DNA from: an uncultured Fibrobacterota bacterium
Lineage (GTDB): Bacteria > Fibrobacterota > Chitinivibrionia > Chitinivibrionales > FEN-1185
DNA length: 64,000 nucleotides
NCBI GenBank assembly: GCA_963753345.1
Contig: CAVWBU010000024.1
Location: 160,001 to 224,000 of the forward strand
Direction of reading: 5' to 3'
Within the stretch, counting starts at the first letter, position 1; each line of letters begins with the position of its first letter. A program made the translations under genes and the position numbers. The notes beneath the pieces are model-generated. The model was not told the DNA's origin and ran no database searches. It saw nothing but the letters and a program-made list of their open reading frames with translations. This document shows, piece after piece, positions 9,403-19,758 of this stretch.

Positions 9403-10554
9403 GTGATCTACTTGGACAACAACGCCACCACGGCCGTGGCCCCCGAAGTCCTCGAAGTGATGCTGCCGTTTTTAAGAGACCGGTACGGCAACCCCTCATC
9501 CATGCACCGCTTCGGCGGGCTGGTGCGCAGGCACATCGACACGGCACGCGAGCATGTCGCCGCGCTTGTCGGCGCGCATCCGGAAGAAATTTACTTTACA
9601 AGCTGCGGATCGGAAAGCGACAGCATGGCGGTGGTTGGCTTTACAAAAGCGCACAAAGCGCGCAGCCGCATCATCACCTCCACCGTTGAGCACCCGGCCA
9701 TCCGTTCCCTGTGCCACGGCCTCAAGGCCGACGGCTACGACGTCACCGAGGTCGGCGTTTCAAACGCCGGTCTTTTGTCTGTAGACGAGGTCTCGAAGCT
9801 TGCGCTCGACGCCGACACCCTTCTCACCTTCATGTGGGCCAACAACGAGACCGGCGTTCTGTTTCCCGTGCAAGAGCTTGCTTCTCTCGCGCACAACAAG
9901 GGCGCGGTGTTCCACACCGACGCGGTGCAGGCCGTGGGCAAGGTCCCTATGTCCATGCAATCGTCGGCGATCGACATGCTTTCGCTCTCGGGCCACAAGC
10001 TGCACGCCCCAAAAGGGGTGGGCGCGCTGTATGTGCGCAAGGGTACAAAGATTTCTCCGTTCCTCGTGGGCGGGCACCAGGAGCGCGGCATGCGCGCCGG
10101 CACCGAGAACGTGGCCTCCATCGTGGGGCTCGGCAAAGCGTGCGAGCTTGCCCTGGCAAACTTGACGGACGAAAACACCCGCGTGAAACGGATGCGCGAC
10201 CGCCTCGAATCCGGGCTGCTCGCCACCTGCACTGCCGCGCATCTCAACGGTGATCCGGCACACCGGCTGCCGAACACCACAAACGTAAGCTTCGAATTCA
10301 TCGAGGGCGAGGGAATACTGCTCTTGCTCGACGAGAAAGGCATCGCCGCGTCGTCCGGGTCGGCGTGCACGAGCGGCTCCCTTGAGCCCTCCCACGTGAT
10401 GATGGCCATGGGCGTGCCCTACACCCTCGCCCACAGCTCGGTGCGGTTCAGCCTGAGCCGCTACAACACCGACGCGGACGTCGACGCGGTCCTTGCGGCC
10501 ATGCCCGGCATCGTGGAACGGCTCCGGTCTTTTTCACCGTATGTCAAGAACTAG
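9403..10554 (+). CDS. nifS: cysteine desulfurase NifS/IscS family
   Basis: YLDNNATT, GNPSS, HTDAVQ, SGHKLHAPKG, SSGSACTS. Confidence 0.95.
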   Translation: MIYLDNNATTAVAPEVLEVMLPFLRDRYGNPSSMHRFGGLVRRHIDTAREHVAALVGAHPEEIYFTSCGSESDSMAVVGFTKAHKARSRIITSTVEHPAIRSLCHGLKADGYDVTEVGVSNAGLLSVDEVSKLALDADTLLTFMWANNETGVLFPVQELASLAHNKGAVFHTDAVQAVGKVPMSMQSSAIDMLSLSGHKLHAPKGVGALYVRKGTKISPFLVGGHQERGMRAGTENVASIVGLGKACELALANLTDENTRVKRMRDRLESGLLATCTAAHLNGDPAHRLPNTTNVSFEFIEGEGILLLLDEKGIAASSGSACTSGSLEPSHVMMAMGVPYTLAHSSVRFSLSRYNTDADVDAVLAAMPGIVERLRSFSPYVKN

Positions 10555-10555
10555 C

Positions 10556-11467
10556 ATGGCTTCCCCCGCAGATACAATCCGCGCTCTTGCCCGCGAGAAA
10601 AACGCCGTGATTCTCGCGCACACCTACCAGCCCGCAGACGTGCAGGACATCGCCGACTACGTGGGAGACTCCTACGGCCTGAGCATCGAGGCATCGCGCA
10701 CGACCGCCGACGTGATTATCTTCTGCGGCGTCATGTTCATGGCCGAGACCGCGGCCATCCTCAATCCGAAAAAGCGCGTGATTGTCCCCGAGCCGGGCGC
10801 CGGCTGTCCGATGGCCGACATGATCACGGCCGCCGACCTTTCGCAGCTCAAGGCACGTTACCCCGATCATGTCGTGATCTGCTATGTCAACTCGACCGCC
10901 GACATCAAGGCGCTGTCGGACATCTGCTGCACCAGCTCCAACGCCCTGAGAATCGTGCAGAAAATTCCCCCGGAGCAAGGCATCGTTTTCGTGCCGGATA
11001 AGCACCTCGGCGGCTGGGTGCAGGAAAAGACGGGCAGACAAATGGTGCTGTGGGACGGGTTCTGCCCCACGCACGTGCGCATCACGCCCGACCTGATTTT
11101 TGCTGCCCGCGCCGCGCACCCCGGCGCCACGGTGCTCATCCATCCCGAAGCGCCCAAGGCATCGCGCGATCTGGCCGACCATGTTTTTTCCACCGGCGGC
11201 ATGTGCGATTTTGTAAAGAAGGACAACGGCACCGAGTACCTTATCGCCACCGAAACGGGCATCATCCACACGCTGGAAAAGCGGAATCCCGGCAAGCGGT
11301 TCTACGCGGTGACCGAGCTGGCGCTCTGCCCCAATATGAAAAAGACCTCGCTTGCGCTCGTTGCGGGCGCGCTTGACGGAACAGTAGGACAAATCGTGAC
11401 CGTGCCTCTCGAGATCGCGGACAAGGCAAGAAAAAGCCTGGTCAGGATGATTGAGATGAGCTTATAA
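10556..11467 (+). CDS. nadA: quinolinate synthase A
   Basis: ILAHTYQ, FCGVMFMAETA, AGCPMAD, YVNSTA, HPEA, CPNMKK; ATG 1 nt after the nifS stop. Confidence 0.96.
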   Translation: MASPADTIRALAREKNAVILAHTYQPADVQDIADYVGDSYGLSIEASRTTADVIIFCGVMFMAETAAILNPKKRVIVPEPGAGCPMADMITAADLSQLKARYPDHVVICYVNSTADIKALSDICCTSSNALRIVQKIPPEQGIVFVPDKHLGGWVQEKTGRQMVLWDGFCPTHVRITPDLIFAARAAHPGATVLIHPEAPKASRDLADHVFSTGGMCDFVKKDNGTEYLIATETGIIHTLEKRNPGKRFYAVTELALCPNMKKTSLALVAGALDGTVGQIVTVPLEIADKARKSLVRMIEMSL

Positions 11468-11495
11468 GAAAAATGGCATGCACGCTGCTCCCAAA

Positions 11496-11530
11496 AAGAA
11501 CGCCCGCATGTTGCACCTGCTGGCGTTCTT
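11496..11530 (-). terminator. probable intrinsic terminator between convergent genes
   Basis: AAGAACGCC...GGCGTTCTT inverted repeat with a T-run on the minus strand. Confidence 0.45.
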
Positions 11531-11557
11531 CACGTCTGCAACTCCCGGCTTTTCACT

Positions 11558-12754
11558 TCATTTCACAAGCGTTGTTCCCGTCCGTGCATCATAGTACGAC
11601 ATGACGTACGATGCCGTGCGCACTGTGTCCCGCGCAACCACCTGGTTCACATAGTTTGTGTCGCGCTTGGACCCGACAGAGTACGACCAGAGCGGTATTG
11701 ACAAGTCGTTATTTATAAACGAATGCTCTGTGCGCAACGAGTCGGAGGCAACGGCTGTGTCGCCGGTGGCAATGACGGTTGTACCGAGGAAAACGATGGT
11801 CGTATCAGACACGTAGGTTGCATGCATGTTGTTTTGTGTCACCACTTCAAAGCAGGTGCGTGCCGCTCCCGCGAATTGATATGGCTGAGTGCCCGTCACC
11901 TCCCCCGAATCACTCATAGACAGGTACAGCTGAAGCCTTATCGGGATTAAGCCCACAAAAATCCTCACCGCCGTGTCCCCCGATAGAGAAAAGCCCTGCC
12001 ACGACGTGCCGACCGCGAGAGGCAGATCGAGCACCGTCACATCGACACTGTCCTTATTTACAATAAAGAGCCTCGGCGGCACCGTGTAGTCGACCTTGGC
12101 GGCCGTGTGCCTGAGAACCATTCCGGATTTCGACGGCTGTGCCGTGTCGGAGAGTAGGGTGTCGGTTGTTTCGATGCCGTAATACAGATTTCCGGCGATG
12201 ATGCCGGAGAACGTGACCTTGCTGTACTTGTGATGGTGGTCGTTCTTGTTGACAGTAACCCTGATGCCGGCGGTGTCCTTTACATACACCAACGAATCGT
12301 ATTCATCGGTGGTCCACCACGCGCCGTTGGCGAGTTTCCGCAGACCACCCAGTCTGGTCGAATCCACGACCAGAAAGGAATACGAAAGCGACAGGGAGTC
12401 GACCGTGGCGCCGCCCGTGGCGCGGATGCGCACGGTGTAAAGAGAATCCCATTTCAGGCTGTCGCCCGTGAGGTTCAAGGTGACGAAGGCGGTGTCGCCG
12501 CTCGAGGTGATATTGTATGCTCCCTGCGGCAGTCCGGTGACAACGGCAGCGGCCTTGTCGCCGTCGCTGTCGCCTATGGCCACCTGGAACGTGGCCGACT
12601 GTCCGTAGTACAGGGTGTCGGGAATCGTCTTTGGTGAAACGACCCTGTACCACATGGTGTTGACCGTATCAACAGGCTTGGCAGGGTTACTGCAGGAAAC
12701 CAGAAGGCAAAGACCGCCGATCAACAATACGCCTTGCGTGAGCAACGTCTTCAC
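11558..12754 (-). CDS. hypothetical lipoprotein, beta-rich
   Basis: AAGGAGG RBS before GTG 12754; lipobox LLVSC; Thr/Asp/Val-rich. Confidence 0.8.
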   Translation of the reverse strand: MKTLLTQGVLLIGGLCLLVSCSNPAKPVDTVNTMWYRVVSPKTIPDTLYYGQSATFQVAIGDSDGDKAAAVVTGLPQGAYNITSSGDTAFVTLNLTGDSLKWDSLYTVRIRATGGATVDSLSLSYSFLVVDSTRLGGLRKLANGAWWTTDEYDSLVYVKDTAGIRVTVNKNDHHHKYSKVTFSGIIAGNLYYGIETTDTLLSDTAQPSKSGMVLRHTAAKVDYTVPPRLFIVNKDSVDVTVLDLPLAVGTSWQGFSLSGDTAVRIFVGLIPIRLQLYLSMSDSGEVTGTQPYQFAGAARTCFEVVTQNNMHATYVSDTTIVFLGTTVIATGDTAVASDSLRTEHSFINNDLSIPLWSYSVGSKRDTNYVNQVVARDTVRTASYVMSYYDARTGTTLVK

Positions 12755-13012
12755 AGGACCTCCTTGAGGGTATGGTAGGATGAACAAATGATATCATTCC
12801 TTCAAGGTTTGTGCTAGAGGTGAGCCGTCTTTCGGCCGGATTTCCATACTCCGCTTCTCCACAAATCATTTCCCGTATCCATGGTGACTCTGGCTTCAGA
12901 ACAAACGTATCGTTTATGACGGTGGCAATTGCAAATATGACCTCATCGTCCCAGCCTTGCCTCGATGATTTATATTATTCCGTACCCACATTCCCCCCCC
13001 CCAGGAGAAACC

Positions 13013-13711
13013 ATGCGCCGCCATTCCTTTATTATCTTTGTCCTGTGCACCATGTGTCTCGCTCAGCAGTCCACCATCGACATCGAGCAGTACAAAAAAT
13101 CAAAGAAGCATTCCTTCAGCGAACGTTCCTTTACCGTGGGCAAGCACACCTACCGTGTGGTGAACATCAAGCCGCTCGGCGCGTCCGACACCGCCTGCAT
13201 ATCCGCGGTCGTGCTGGACAAACGGAAATACGTGCTGTTCGACGTCAACGTGACGTCGGGCCCGTTCGGCATGATAGTCCCCTCCCGGCAACCGGTTCCC
13301 GGCGGTCTCATTATTCTCAAGGCGTCCCCGCTGGACGCCAAAGTATTTCTTATGTTGTCAAGCGGCAAGGTCGTGACCCTGCCCGGGGCCCTGGTGTTCG
13401 CCGACACCGCCGGCTCGTGCCTGTATTGCGTGTGGGACAACGACAAAACCTTCCGGCTCACCGTGTTCGACTACAAGAACCTCCGCCTCGTGTTCAACAC
13501 CCTTGCGACAGCGGAGCCGAAGCAGTGGTACACCGACGGGTTTGCGTACGGATTTTCGGCCGCCGACGGCGCCTACTACACGGTGGACTTCCTGCAGAAG
13601 GCGGTCGTCAAAGGGGAAAAACCGGCAAGCGGGCTTGCGGCCGTGTCCTACGTCGCCGACCTCGACAAAATCGACCGTGCCTCGTGCTGCGGCGCCGCCA
13701 TCCTCAAGTAG
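13013..13711 (+). CDS. hypothetical secreted protein
   Basis: AGGAG RBS, signal-peptide-like N-terminus, typical codon usage. Confidence 0.75.
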   Translation: MRRHSFIIFVLCTMCLAQQSTIDIEQYKKSKKHSFSERSFTVGKHTYRVVNIKPLGASDTACISAVVLDKRKYVLFDVNVTSGPFGMIVPSRQPVPGGLIILKASPLDAKVFLMLSSGKVVTLPGALVFADTAGSCLYCVWDNDKTFRLTVFDYKNLRLVFNTLATAEPKQWYTDGFAYGFSAADGAYYTVDFLQKAVVKGEKPASGLAAVSYVADLDKIDRASCCGAAILK

Positions 13712-13720
13712 CGACAATGC

Positions 13721-14350
13721 TCAGCCGCAATACTGTTTGTAAACCGCCAGGATCCGCTTGAGCGTTGTTTCCGGCTCGGCTGAGGTTGTTACGGGCCGCA
13801 CCATGCAGAAGTTTTTCGCGCCCGCCGAAAGCACCAGGGGCAGGTTTTCAAGGGTTATGCCGCCGATCGCCACCGCAGGAACCGTCGCCTGCCCGATCAT
13901 TTCCTTCATCCCTGTAATCCCGATTACCGGATCAGGTTTCTTTTTTGTCGGCGTGGCGTACACCGGACCCACGCCCACATAGCCGGGCGCATGGCCGCAC
14001 GCCGCCCGCATCTGCGCAACGGAATGTGTTGACAAACCAATAATCGCGTTTTCCCCGACAATCCTTCGCGCATCGGCATACGGCATGTCGCTTTGCCCGA
14101 GGTGCACGCCGTCTGCCCCGGCTTCCCTCGCGATTTCCGGATCGTCATTGATAATAAGCCGCGTCGCGGTTCCGCGGGTGATCTCGCGCATCGCCCGTGC
14201 CGTGTTGACCACGGCATCACGCGGCGCATCTTTCATCCTGAGCTGGACAAACGCAATTTGATAATCGACAAACAGCTTTGTGCAGTACTCGTAGCCGCGC
14301 ACCGGATCGGTGAGTATGCCGTAGAATCCGAACGAGTAAGGGATCACCAT
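13721..14350 (-). CDS. thiE: thiamine-phosphate synthase
   Basis: VQLRMK, IINDD, GVHLGQSD, GLSTH, GPVYATPTK, AIGGI. Confidence 0.93.
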   Translation of the reverse strand: MVIPYSFGFYGILTDPVRGYEYCTKLFVDYQIAFVQLRMKDAPRDAVVNTARAMREITRGTATRLIINDDPEIAREAGADGVHLGQSDMPYADARRIVGENAIIGLSTHSVAQMRAACGHAPGYVGVGPVYATPTKKKPDPVIGITGMKEMIGQATVPAVAIGGITLENLPLVLSAGAKNFCMVRPVTTSAEPETTLKRILAVYKQYCG

Positions 14351-14412
14351 GGGGCGCTGTTCTTTCTGTCAAGGCGCGCCCTGGGGCGGGAACAACGCGC
14401 CGCTTGGCGGCC

Positions 14413-16146
14413 TTACAATTTCCGTATCAATTCGAAATTGCAGATCCGCGCGTCGAAACCGCCCGATTCGTCACGCATGATGACGCCGCCGGGATCGAGC
14501 GCCAGAAGAATGTCGTTGCCCTCGAGCAGCGAGCCGTCGTAGCCGAGGCCAAGGAGCCTGCGCTGCACCGAGCCGAAGATCTCCTTGTATTCGGTGTGCG
14601 AAATCCGGTTGTTGGTGCGCGCGCTCACCAGGTCCATGGGCCTGCACAACAGTCCCTTCTGCTGGGCGACCCACGAGTCGGGGCCGTTGTAGTATCCGCG
14701 GATGGACAGGTAATTGCGGTTTTCCAGGAGGATCGGATTGCCGTCGGGCCCGACAAGGCTCTTGTGCGACTCATAGCGCCTCGCATCGGTCGACTGCTCC
14801 ATCTTGTCGCTTCCGGTCATGTAAATCGCGCGCACGTACACAGTGCCCACCCCGTGTTCGAGAAGAACCTGCGCAATGGCGAACTCCTCGAACGGAGAGT
14901 TGAATCCGAATTCGGCCGCCTTCCGGTTGTGTTCTTCCGACGGGCCGCCTGCGGGCGTTTCTCCCACGCGCGAGGTTTTCCATACGATATGGACGTTGTC
15001 CTTGGTCACGGTGTAGAACACCTCGTTGTCCTCCGAAAGCCTGAAGCTCACGGTCTTGCGCCACCGCTCCGGCAGAAAATAGTCGAACAGGCGGGCGTTG
15101 CGGCCCACCACCCACAGCTGACCGCCCGTGCTTTCCACATGGCCGTGAACGTACGGCACGCCGAACACCTCCGTTGACTGCAGGTACGGCGGCAGCGGCG
15201 CGGGGATGAAACGGTCGCGCTGGTCATCGAGATACGAATGCCTGCGGGAGTACTTGACCTCCTCGTCGTGCGGCGGCGTGCGGAGCAGGAGTTCGTAATC
15301 GACGACCGAATAGCGTCCGGCCTCCACGAGACCGTACACGAATTCCACCTGCTTCGTGCGCGCCGCCTCCCCGCCGGAGGCCGCGATCTGCGCAAGCGCC
15401 CTCGTGTATTCCTCGCCGACAATCACGTGCTCCGGCTTCATGTCGGCGACCACGTAGCCCTTTTTGTCAAGATCCCCTATTGCCTTGCGGGTGATGGGCT
15501 CAAGGGCGGTGATAAGCGCCTCGTCGTTGAGCCCCAGGCCCGCAAACGCCTCCACCACGTTTTCCCCCTGTATCCAGCCGTACACGAGTTTGTACTGCCG
15601 GAGGATGTCGAGGTCCACGCCCGGATGGCGCGCCTTGATCTTGTTGATCTTCGAGCGGGAGCGGCCGCTTTGCCACAACTGCATCTTCTCGGGAGGGACG
15701 TAGATCGCCAGCGGTTCCTGCGTGTTGATGGCCACGTCCTGGGGGCCGTATTTCCCTTCGCGCAACTCCTCGACAAGGGAGAATTCCTCCCACGGGCTGT
15801 TGAACTCCGCGTTGATGAACTCCATGAGCATGTGCGTGTCGAGCGGCACGTCCTCGCCCACGCGGCAGTTCTTCACCACAAGTTCGATGCTCACGCCATC
15901 CACGGTTTTCGTCGGAACCCGGTACACGGCGCCGGTCCCCTGGAGGTGCTCGCGGTGCTCCTCGAACCATTCCTTTTCGTACCAGTTTTCGATCGCCAGG
16001 AGGGATGCGAGCGGCAGGCCGTGGCGCGTGAAATACATGTCGCCGTTGTCGCTGGTCTTCTTGTGCACATACACCACGCCCAGGATGCTGATGAGGGATT
16101 CCGGCGCGACAAGCACCTGGACGTTCGACGGGTTGTGCTGTTCCAT
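14413..16146 (-). CDS. hypothetical protein with two tandem protein-kinase-like repeats
   Basis: Internal duplication VVKNCRVGE/VWKTSRVGE, FNSPWEEF/FNSPFEEF, VVDYELL/ICNFELI; DMKPEH in repeat 1. Confidence 0.75.
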   Translation of the reverse strand: MEQHNPSNVQVLVAPESLISILGVVYVHKKTSDNGDMYFTRHGLPLASLLAIENWYEKEWFEEHREHLQGTGAVYRVPTKTVDGVSIELVVKNCRVGEDVPLDTHMLMEFINAEFNSPWEEFSLVEELREGKYGPQDVAINTQEPLAIYVPPEKMQLWQSGRSRSKINKIKARHPGVDLDILRQYKLVYGWIQGENVVEAFAGLGLNDEALITALEPITRKAIGDLDKKGYVVADMKPEHVIVGEEYTRALAQIAASGGEAARTKQVEFVYGLVEAGRYSVVDYELLLRTPPHDEEVKYSRRHSYLDDQRDRFIPAPLPPYLQSTEVFGVPYVHGHVESTGGQLWVVGRNARLFDYFLPERWRKTVSFRLSEDNEVFYTVTKDNVHIVWKTSRVGETPAGGPSEEHNRKAAEFGFNSPFEEFAIAQVLLEHGVGTVYVRAIYMTGSDKMEQSTDARRYESHKSLVGPDGNPILLENRNYLSIRGYYNGPDSWVAQQKGLLCRPMDLVSARTNNRISHTEYKEIFGSVQRRLLGLGYDGSLLEGNDILLALDPGGVIMRDESGGFDARICNFELIRKL

Positions 16147-16180
16147 GAAGAAAAACGCTCCAATCACGCGGCGGACGCGC

Positions 16181-16931
16181 CTAGTTTTGCCCCGTGGAAA
16201 ATAACCCCTGCCGCGTCTCCTCCATCGGGTGGAGCTCGCACCCTGCCGGGAGCGTGAAGGCGTCGCCGCGCACCGCCCTGTTCACCGATGCGGCTGGAGA
16301 TGAGGACCGTGTCGGCCGTGAGCATGCCGCCGCATTTCCTCCTCACCACGATGCGTACGGGAAAGTCATAGTTATGGCGGCCTTCGTCGAAGCGCGCCTT
16401 GAGCTGCTGAAACATCACGCCCTTCTCGTCAAAGCTTTCGATGCAGTCGACAGCGCCCGTTTCTATGCTTCGCGCAAGAATGTCGGTGCCGGAGCGGTTT
16501 CTCCGCCCATAGTACCAGTGGGACTCGGTGCAGCCCGCAGGCGTCAAGGTCTCCCGGTCGGCATTGACACATCGGAGATACGCGCCGAAGAAATGGACGG
16601 TTTCAAAGAGATCGTCGCACCCTTCCAGGTCCGTTGTGCGGCGCGCTGCATAGCCCGCGTTGCGCCTGGTGTCGATGCCGACAATCGCGGTGTCGTTGAC
16701 GATAAACCGGTAAAGAAACGGCGCATCGTATACATACGCCGCCGCACCCGCGGCAGCATCATAGGAGAACCGGCCCTTGACGACCTTGGAAAATTTGTTG
16801 CAGGAGTTTTTCCTGATAATGGAGCATTCCACGGAGGCGACGCGGCCGGCCATGGGCGCGGCTTCCTGCGCGGAGAGTGAAGACTGCGCGGCGAGAAGTG
16901 CAGCAATGAACAGAAGGTATGCGGGTATCAT
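16181..16931 (-). CDS. LolA-like secreted protein (apparent +1 frameshift near 16292)
   Basis: Signal peptide; the alternate frame after ...VLISS gives ASVNRAVRGDAFTLPAG..., a LolA-like C-terminal motif, with stop at 16181. Confidence 0.55.
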
Positions 16932-17118
16932 GATTCGTGCTTTACTTACAGCCCCTGCAAATGATAGAATTATGAATCCCGGCGAATACTGCTTTTGACA
17001 GCGCCGTTCATTTGATTATATATTGGTGAAAGGCCGGAGAAGCATACTTTTTTGTTCGGTGCGCAGGACATGCGACCGGCGTGGATACGGCACACACTTT
17101 TCCGCAAGGGGGTATTCA

Positions 17119-18033
17119 ATGTCGCGTCTTGTGAAAATCACGCTTTTCGCCCTTGGCTTTGTGCTCACAATGACTCTCCCTTCCGGAGCTCTGGTGGGAA
17201 TAGGGCTGCACTACGGCCTTGATTACACCCTCAGCATGAAAAACACCACGGGGTTCGGCGAGCAGGTGAGCTTCGACAGCCTCAAGCTTGACCTGGGACC
17301 AAATACAGGCAACGCCATACTAATCGGGCAGGACATTCCCGCCTATGTCACGCGATCAAATTTCAAGTCCGATTTCGCTTTCGGCGGCAAGATCTATGTC
17401 GACGTCATCCCGTTTATTGACGCGGTGGAGGTATCGGCCGATTTCGGCCTGTGGGATTATGTCGGTCAAATCAAATACCCGAATGGAATCGTAGACCCGA
17501 CTGCGGCAAATCTTGCAGCCCCATCCAATTTCACCTATGACTCGACAAAGCTCACGCTTGACAATTTCGGCCTTGGATACTTCGGGCTCAAGAACACGCC
17601 GTACGCCAAACTGCAGCTTGACGCCACCGTGCGCAAGTACATCACACGGCTTCCCAAAACGCTCAAGGTCTTCAATCTTTACGGCGGCGCAGGCCTCACC
17701 GTGAATTTCGCCACGCCCATGCTCTCCAGCAATCTCGTGGAGGATGTGATCAAGGAAAACGCGAACAGCAGTCTGGATCTTGGCACCCTTGGCCCCAACC
17801 TCCTCGACAACAGCCAGATCATGAAAGGCGTGGTGAATAAGATCATCAGCGGCCTCACCCAGCCCTCCTACGGGGCCCACATCGACCTCGGCTTCATGGT
17901 GAAGATCCCGGTTGTCCCCCTCGGCGTGTATGTGGACGGCAAGTTTATGATTCCCTTCGGGAAACTTGACAAGTACGTTGACATCGGGGGATTAGGCGTC
18001 CTCCTCAACGGCGGCGTTGCGCTGGCGTTCTGA
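17119..18033 (+). CDS. hypothetical outer-membrane beta-barrel protein
   Basis: Signal peptide, alternating beta-strand pattern, C-terminal Phe (GGVALAF); AAGGGGG RBS; TTGACA at 16995. Confidence 0.75.
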   Translation: MSRLVKITLFALGFVLTMTLPSGALVGIGLHYGLDYTLSMKNTTGFGEQVSFDSLKLDLGPNTGNAILIGQDIPAYVTRSNFKSDFAFGGKIYVDVIPFIDAVEVSADFGLWDYVGQIKYPNGIVDPTAANLAAPSNFTYDSTKLTLDNFGLGYFGLKNTPYAKLQLDATVRKYITRLPKTLKVFNLYGGAGLTVNFATPMLSSNLVEDVIKENANSSLDLGTLGPNLLDNSQIMKGVVNKIISGLTQPSYGAHIDLGFMVKIPVVPLGVYVDGKFMIPFGKLDKYVDIGGLGVLLNGGVALAF

Positions 18034-18046
18034 AAGGCACACATCC

Positions 18047-18544
18047 ATGGACAGACTCTGGGCGCCCTGGCGCATGAAATACATAAAGGAAAGCATTGAC
18101 AAGCCGGAAAACGGCTGCATCCTGTGCACAAAGCCCGGCCAGGCCGACGACAGAGCGAACCTCATCCTTCACAGAGGGAAAACCGCGTACGTCATCTGCA
18201 ACAAGTTTCCCTACAACAACGGCCACCTCATGGTGGTGCCCTATGCGCACACGGCCAGCCTCGACGACGTGGGCGATGAGTGCGGCCTGGAGCTGTGGAA
18301 GCTCATCGCGCTGTGCCGCAGGATCCTCGCCGATGCGTTTTCGCCCGACGGGTTCAACATCGGCATCAACCTCGGCCGCGTGGCCGGCGCCGGCATCGAC
18401 ACTCACCTGCATATCCACATTGTTCCGCGGTGGAACGGCGACGTCAATTTCATGCCGGTGATTGGGGAGACAAAAGTGATTTCGCAGGGGCTGGAAGAAA
18501 CGTATGAGGAGCTGGCGGGGAGGTTTACGGCGATAAAGGGCTGA
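18047..18544 (+). CDS. HIT-family hydrolase (Ap4A phosphorylase-like)
   Basis: LWAPWR, CILC, NKFPYNNGHLMVVP, HLHIHIVPRW. Confidence 0.93.
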   Translation: MDRLWAPWRMKYIKESIDKPENGCILCTKPGQADDRANLILHRGKTAYVICNKFPYNNGHLMVVPYAHTASLDDVGDECGLELWKLIALCRRILADAFSPDGFNIGINLGRVAGAGIDTHLHIHIVPRWNGDVNFMPVIGETKVISQGLEETYEELAGRFTAIKG

Positions 18545-18755
18545 CCGCAACCCGGCTTTTCCTCCCGGCGGCAGCGGGTCGTTGCGGAATGCGACACAAC
18601 GCACGATGCGGCGAACCTGGATTGACAACGTTGCGTGGAGAATCTGTTTTTTTTCGTTGTCGTTTTCCGTCAATGCCGCGCTTCCGCCAACGTTCGCACC
18701 GTGAATCCGACTGCACGACAATCGGCCACACACCTATTTCACCGAAGGGCCTCCC

Positions 18756-19675
18756 ATGAAAACCACCCGCTTGCTCCTGTGCGGCATTGCCTGCGCAGCC
18801 GCTCTTCTCTCGAATTGCACGACCACCACGGGTCCCTCGAGTCCAACCGGTCCTTCCCAGCCGACGCAGCCCGCCACGCTCACCGTTTACAACAATTCTT
18901 TAGGGGTTATCGGGTATGTGTATCTGTCGACAAGCCAGGCGTCCCTGGGAACCGATGAGCTGGGAAGCTCGACGATCTCGGCAGGCTCATCCTTCAGCAT
19001 CACCGGGATTTCGGCCGGATACTACTATCTTGCGGCCGTCCATCTTTACACGCACGACACTGCTTGGGCGAGCTTGAGTATTACTGCGGGACAATCCTAC
19101 ACCTGGACGCTTTCCGATGCCGACTTTTCCAATGGCTCCCGCGGCGGCCTCACGATCATCAACAATTCCTCCTACACCATCGAATATGTGTATCTGTCGC
19201 AAAGCAACTCAACATGGGGCAGCGATTGGCTGGGCAGCAGCACCTGGATATCCCCGGGGTTCTACTACACTATTTCCGGTGCGCCCACCGGATACGTGAA
19301 CTCGAAGATGGTGTGTACCGATGCAACCAGGTATGCGCTGCACCTGCTCTATGTTCCAAGCAGCGGCTTGGACACGATCACGGTCTATAACACCGATTTT
19401 CCAAGCTACGCGCACGGAAGTCTCAAGGTCGTCAATACTTCCTCAACTTCCATTTACTACCTTTTCATGCGCATGTCCGGCACCACCACGTGGAGCGACG
19501 ACGTGCTCGGCGTAGTATCAACAATCGGCGTTGGTGAACAGTACCAGCAGGACCTGATAGCTCCAGGCACCTACGATTTCCGCGTGGAGTCTTCGAGCGG
19601 CGCCGCGCCGAGGTCGACAATCAGGACATCACCGCAGGAGAGCTTCTGACCTGGACGGTAAGCTCGATGAACTGA
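18756..19675 (+). CDS. lipoprotein with three tandem ~95-aa beta domains (apparent -1 frameshift near 19605)
   Basis: Lipobox LLSNC; repeats LTVYNNS/LTIINNS/LKVVNTS; the alternate frame DITAGELLTWTVS matches repeat-1 SITAGQSYTWTLS. Confidence 0.75.
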
Positions 19676-19758
19676 TGATGCGGGAAGCGTGCGTTTGTTT
19701 GTGCGGGAGAAACTTCACCGGACTGTTTGAGGTTTCACGGCCGCGGGAGTGGAGCGTC

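Noticed and set aside
9403-11467. nifS-nadA coupling as a novel system
   Set aside because: Expected: NadA needs a 4Fe-4S cluster, and desulfurase-nad linkage is known
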